Part shown: in pieces, positions 17,044 through 20,757 of the stretch | Position numbering within the stretch: the first letter of the stretch is position 1 | Layout of the letters: every line of letters begins with the position of its first letter | DNA from: Psammoneis japonica | Lineage: Eukaryota | Assembly (NCBI GenBank): GCA_008632985.1 | Contig: QPGO01000146.1 | Coordinates: forward strand, 186,001 to 206,757 | Length of the DNA stretch: 20,757 nt | Reading direction: 5' to 3' | The notes under the pieces: generated by a model | The model's input: the letters and a program-made list of their open reading frames with translations, nothing else | Told to the model about the DNA's origin: nothing | Database searches by the model: none | Made by a program: the position numbers and the translations under genes

Positions 17044-19898
17044 ATGCGATTCTATCTCTTACTGCTTGTACTTTTGCCTCTTTTGGCTCTCGCCGATGAG
17101 GTCATTTTGAGGAAGGGTACAGTGTTGACGGAGGCGAGTCTCTTCATACCAGTAATGATTCCTGCCGCTTGAAGCTCCAGCGCGACGGCAACTTGATTGT
17201 TTATCGACACGGTCCTTTTGCGCCCACCCCGGGCAACTCTGATGCCTTTGACGAGGTCATTAGTTGGACCAGTGGTCGCCACCAAGTAGGAAGCTACTGT
17301 GCGGAGCTTCAGGATGATGGGAACCTCCAAGTCATTCGTCCGGCGGAGTCAGGCGATGAAGTGGTGTATTCGACACACGTCTATCCGTCCCCTTCAAACA
17401 AGCCAGCTCCTACTCATGAGCTATTATTTACCGACAACTGTATTCTTGAAATAAAGAGGACCTTTTCTGACAAGAGCTACGATATTATATGGGAGAATAT
17501 CCATACTACGCTGGATAACTTTTCGGCAGAGAAGCGTCCCGGAAGGAACAACGTGTTGCAAAAGGGCGAGTTCTTTTCGTACCCAGCTAACAACCATGGG
17601 GCTGTTTGCGGCACCGGAGCCAACTTTTGCATGGATGTGCCCTTCTCAATTCGGCTTCAACACGACTGCAACCTTGTGACTTTTGTCGGACACGACTATG
17701 CAGATGCGGCAGCCATTGTGTGGTCGGCGCGTGTGCCTCGCCCCAGTTTTGACAAGTGTTATCTGCTGCTGGACGTGAACGACGTGGCACTTTACGAAGG
17801 AGATTTTGATCCTACTCTGGCGCCGAATTCGGACCGCTCTGGAAAGTACTGGAGCGTGCCGGAGAGTTTCTTTGACGAGTTGTCGACCGATGGATCCTCG
17901 AAGTACCAGATTCTCATAAACAATGAGGGCAAAATGCATCCTACAACTATGAGACCACCCACTATTGCTCCCACCACTCCGCCTCCTATCACCATTGGTC
18001 CGACAACAGATTCGCCCACGCCATCCCCAACATCTTACAGCGACTTTCTGAGCGGGCTGTTGGCAGAAAGAAGTCCTTGGTCTGTGGATGCTCTGAAAGA
18101 GCCCAGTTCGGCCCAAACCCAAGCTTTCGATTGGCTCTTGGCCGATGAAGTTACCAGTGATTTGGAAGAGCCTGATGAAAATCGCATTCTTCAACGATTT
18201 GCCCTTGCAACGATCTTTTACGCCATGGAGGACGAAGATTTTATGGACGAAACGTGGCTGGAAGCGACAGACGAGTGCACTTGGAGCGGTGTCGATGCAT
18301 GTGGCTCTGAGGGTGGGTTGAAGAATCTAACGATTGATCAAGATAACATTAAAGGCCTGCCGCCGGAACTCGGCCTATTGACGAACCTAGGTGCGATCAT
18401 ATCTCGTTAAGGATTGCTTCTTTCCGCTTGTGCATTCGATCTAACACGATGTTTTCTTCTCGTCGAAAGTACACTTTCATGTGTCTTCGAATGTATACGA
18501 CATCAACGTTGCACCACAAACCAATCTTTTGCCTTCAACCATAGGTCTGCTAACTGACATGAGTAAGTTATTATGTTTGGACCTAATCTCTTCCGGCTCA
18601 AATGAAAAACGAAAAACATTCACACGGTACTTGATTCCATGTCCTACTTTCTAGGGCGATTTGACGTGGGGTACTACGTGGATGGCGCGCCTCTAGAAGC
18701 GGGATACACTGGAGGACCAATCCCCCCTGAGGTGGGCCAGCTGACGCGTCTAAAGGAGCTGCGTTTCGGTGGAGCGTTCACGGGCACGTTACCTCAACCG
18801 ATTTGTTCCCTCGATGAATTAGAACAAGTCAAAGTCGACTGTGACGATTTCTTTTGTGGCGACTGCAGGTATTGCCCAAATTGTTTCGACTCTTATGAGA
18901 TTTCCGTTGAGGCAATGTCGGTGGTCGATCTGGGACCCGATGGAGAATTTGACTTTCTCCAGGAAGCTGGTGGTGAAAATAAGAATCAGTTTTATGTGAA
19001 TAATAGGTTTCTCACGATGAATGACCGAGAAGAATGCGTTGTGTTAGAAAGCCAAAGATTGCCGCCAATACCGCTAGGCCATTCCCTAGCAAATGCCGTG
19101 CTCGCTGGATCCATTATTGGGCAGGGATACAGCGGCGAGACACCGGTGATCCAGGTCTTTGCCTATGCTGGAAACGGCATTGTTGAAGTTGACGACGTCG
19201 ACGCGACAAATAATGAGCAGAACAGAATCGAGCTTCTAACACAGGACGGCGGCGTGTTCAATTTGGATATTAAAGAGTTCGTTCGGGACCTGTATGATCA
19301 AGGAGAGAAGTACTTGGGATTGGCCATGAGTCAGAAGAGCGTCGGAGCATACTCCAGGGTTGCAGACCTGGCTGTCACTCTAGGCATTGATGTGGACTGT
19401 GAGGCTGTCATTTGCTCTTGCTACGAGGCCGCCGTATGCAACTTGGAACTGCCTCCCAAACCAACGGACGCGCGTCATTATGTAATTTACTATGATGATG
19501 AAAGGTGCATAATGCTCAAAGACGGCAACACATCTGAGTGCAATCCTTTGGTCATTGGAAACTGCAGTGATAGCATTCCTGGTTATCCCGCAGAAGCACT
19601 GTGGTGGAGAGACGAACACGGCTTCTGGCACCCATATCTAGACAGTAGCATGTGCATGCAAGCTGGGTGTGGAGAAGAAAGTGTTGCGGAAGGATCTACA
19701 ATTCATATTGCCAAGTGTGATATCAACAACAAGAGCCAATGGTTCGGGAAGTCTGTATGGTCCAGCGACAATTTCTCGATTGAGGAGAGGCCAGACCTCT
19801 GTGCCACTGGAAATAACGTAGGCGATGAAGTCGTTTTGAAAACTTGCAGCTCTGACCATGACTCTTGGAATTTCAATACCGGTGCATCTCAAGACTGA
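17044..19898 (+). CDS. Secreted multidomain protein, ~894 aa: B-lectin, Pro/Thr stalk, LRR with Cys caps, beta-sandwich-like module, ricin-B lectin (exons 17044-18390, 18470-18562, 18655-19898)
   Basis: Signal MRFYLLLLVLLPLLALA. One G is missing near 17090 relative to the paralog. LQRDGNLIVY lectin motif. LRR cap AQTQAFDWL..RILQRFALATIFY..ECTWSGV..C. Plant-type LRRs LPPELGLLTNL, LPSTIGLLTDM, IPPEVGQLTRL, FTGTLPQPICSL. Phase-1 introns at 18391-18469 (GT..CTAAC..AAG) and 18563-18654 (GTAAGT..TAG) keep the frame. C-terminal CIM..IGNC..ALW / CMQA..IAKCD..SQWF repeats. Confidence 0.85.
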
Positions 19899-20757
19899 TG
19901 GGATAGGACGATCGGCATATCTGGAGAGCAGCAGCTTTACACCATTGCATACTACCTTGACGCATCGCAAACCGCCCAAAACGCCTTACGAATCGATTCA
20001 ATGACGGTGAATGGTCACGAGGGGGGAGACTTCCCAGTAAACACGACGAGCGCGAAGATCAATGACGGGGCGCGAGCCGACTGGGACCAAGTGAATGCAA
20101 ATCACCATTTCAACGAAGCGTCCATAAGAATTCTCATCAGTTTTAAAGCGTCTACATAGTTGATGCCCCCCTCCACTAAAAATAGTGTGTAGGTCTAGCT
20201 ACAGAGTAGAAAACAGCAGGATCGTCTTTGTTGCTCGTCTTTTTTGCTTTGACTGTCCTTAAGTGCATCGGCTATATTACCCTCCATTGCTTTACCCATG
20301 ATTGCTCTGGCAAAGTCGTATCCACCACAACTGGAAGTTCTTCTAGCAATTGCAGCGTCAACGCATTTTCACCGGAGATGTCACTTCCACTCATCCCTAA
20401 TGTGTCACCATGGTAGGGCCTTTAACGATTTTATTTCGAAGTACGTTCGAGGGGAGCTCCGCTGAGGCTTCAAGTTTTCTTTGATACAAATTCAACAAAC
20501 TTTCTACAATTATGTTATGCTCGCACTAAACTAATGGCATGATTCTCGTCCAACACCGTAATCTTTTTCTCCTGTGTAACATATTATATGCAACATTTAA
20601 CTTTTCCGCGTTCATCAAACAATTCTTGTTTTCTCCTAGTTCTCTTTGTCGTCCCGTTCACCGGCTCTCGAGTCTTGGGAATGCACAACTCAGAATCTCC
20701 CTCCGGGAACGGTAGTACTATCCGTCGTCCTAATGGATGCATGCGACACCATAGCGG

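Noticed and set aside
17646..18194. Antisense ORFs over the lectin genes (also 14732-15141 and 19380-19979)
   Set aside because: They are shadow frames of the well-supported plus-strand genes.
20228..20757. Possible minus-strand coding fragments at the window end
   Set aside because: The frames are short and broken by stops, and I could not build a gene model.

Overview
Eukaryotic genomic DNA, most likely from a diatom. The basis is short GT-AG introns with CTAAC/CTAAT-type branch sites, a bipartite plastid-targeting peptide, and a diatom-type LRR protein cap. The flanks (1-2.3 kb and 10.7-20.8 kb) are ordinary gene-bearing DNA. They hold a 59-aa spliced basic micro-ORF, a secreted 10-Cys peptide precursor, a plastid-targeted hypothetical protein, a disrupted F-box/GNAT-like gene, and a tandem pair of bulb-type lectin genes. 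The second lectin gene is a large B-lectin/LRR/beta-sandwich/ricin-B mosaic. The standout feature is an ~8.3 kb block (~2380-10670) in which BOTH TpA and CpG are almost erased while CpA/TpG are strongly enriched. Internal duplications there show CA<->TG swaps and CG->CA/TG and TA->TG differences, and a ~500 bp island keeps CpG but still lacks TpA. This suggests a regional hypermutation process that targets TpA (A>G / T>C, opposite in direction to fungal RIP) on top of CpG-methylation decay. It acted on a formerly coding element I cannot identify. The dense Cys/His-rich, Tyr-free ORFs in that block are artefacts of losing TAA/TAG codons. Several single-base homopolymer indels in flanking genes may be assembly errors. 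All counts were made by eye and are approximate.
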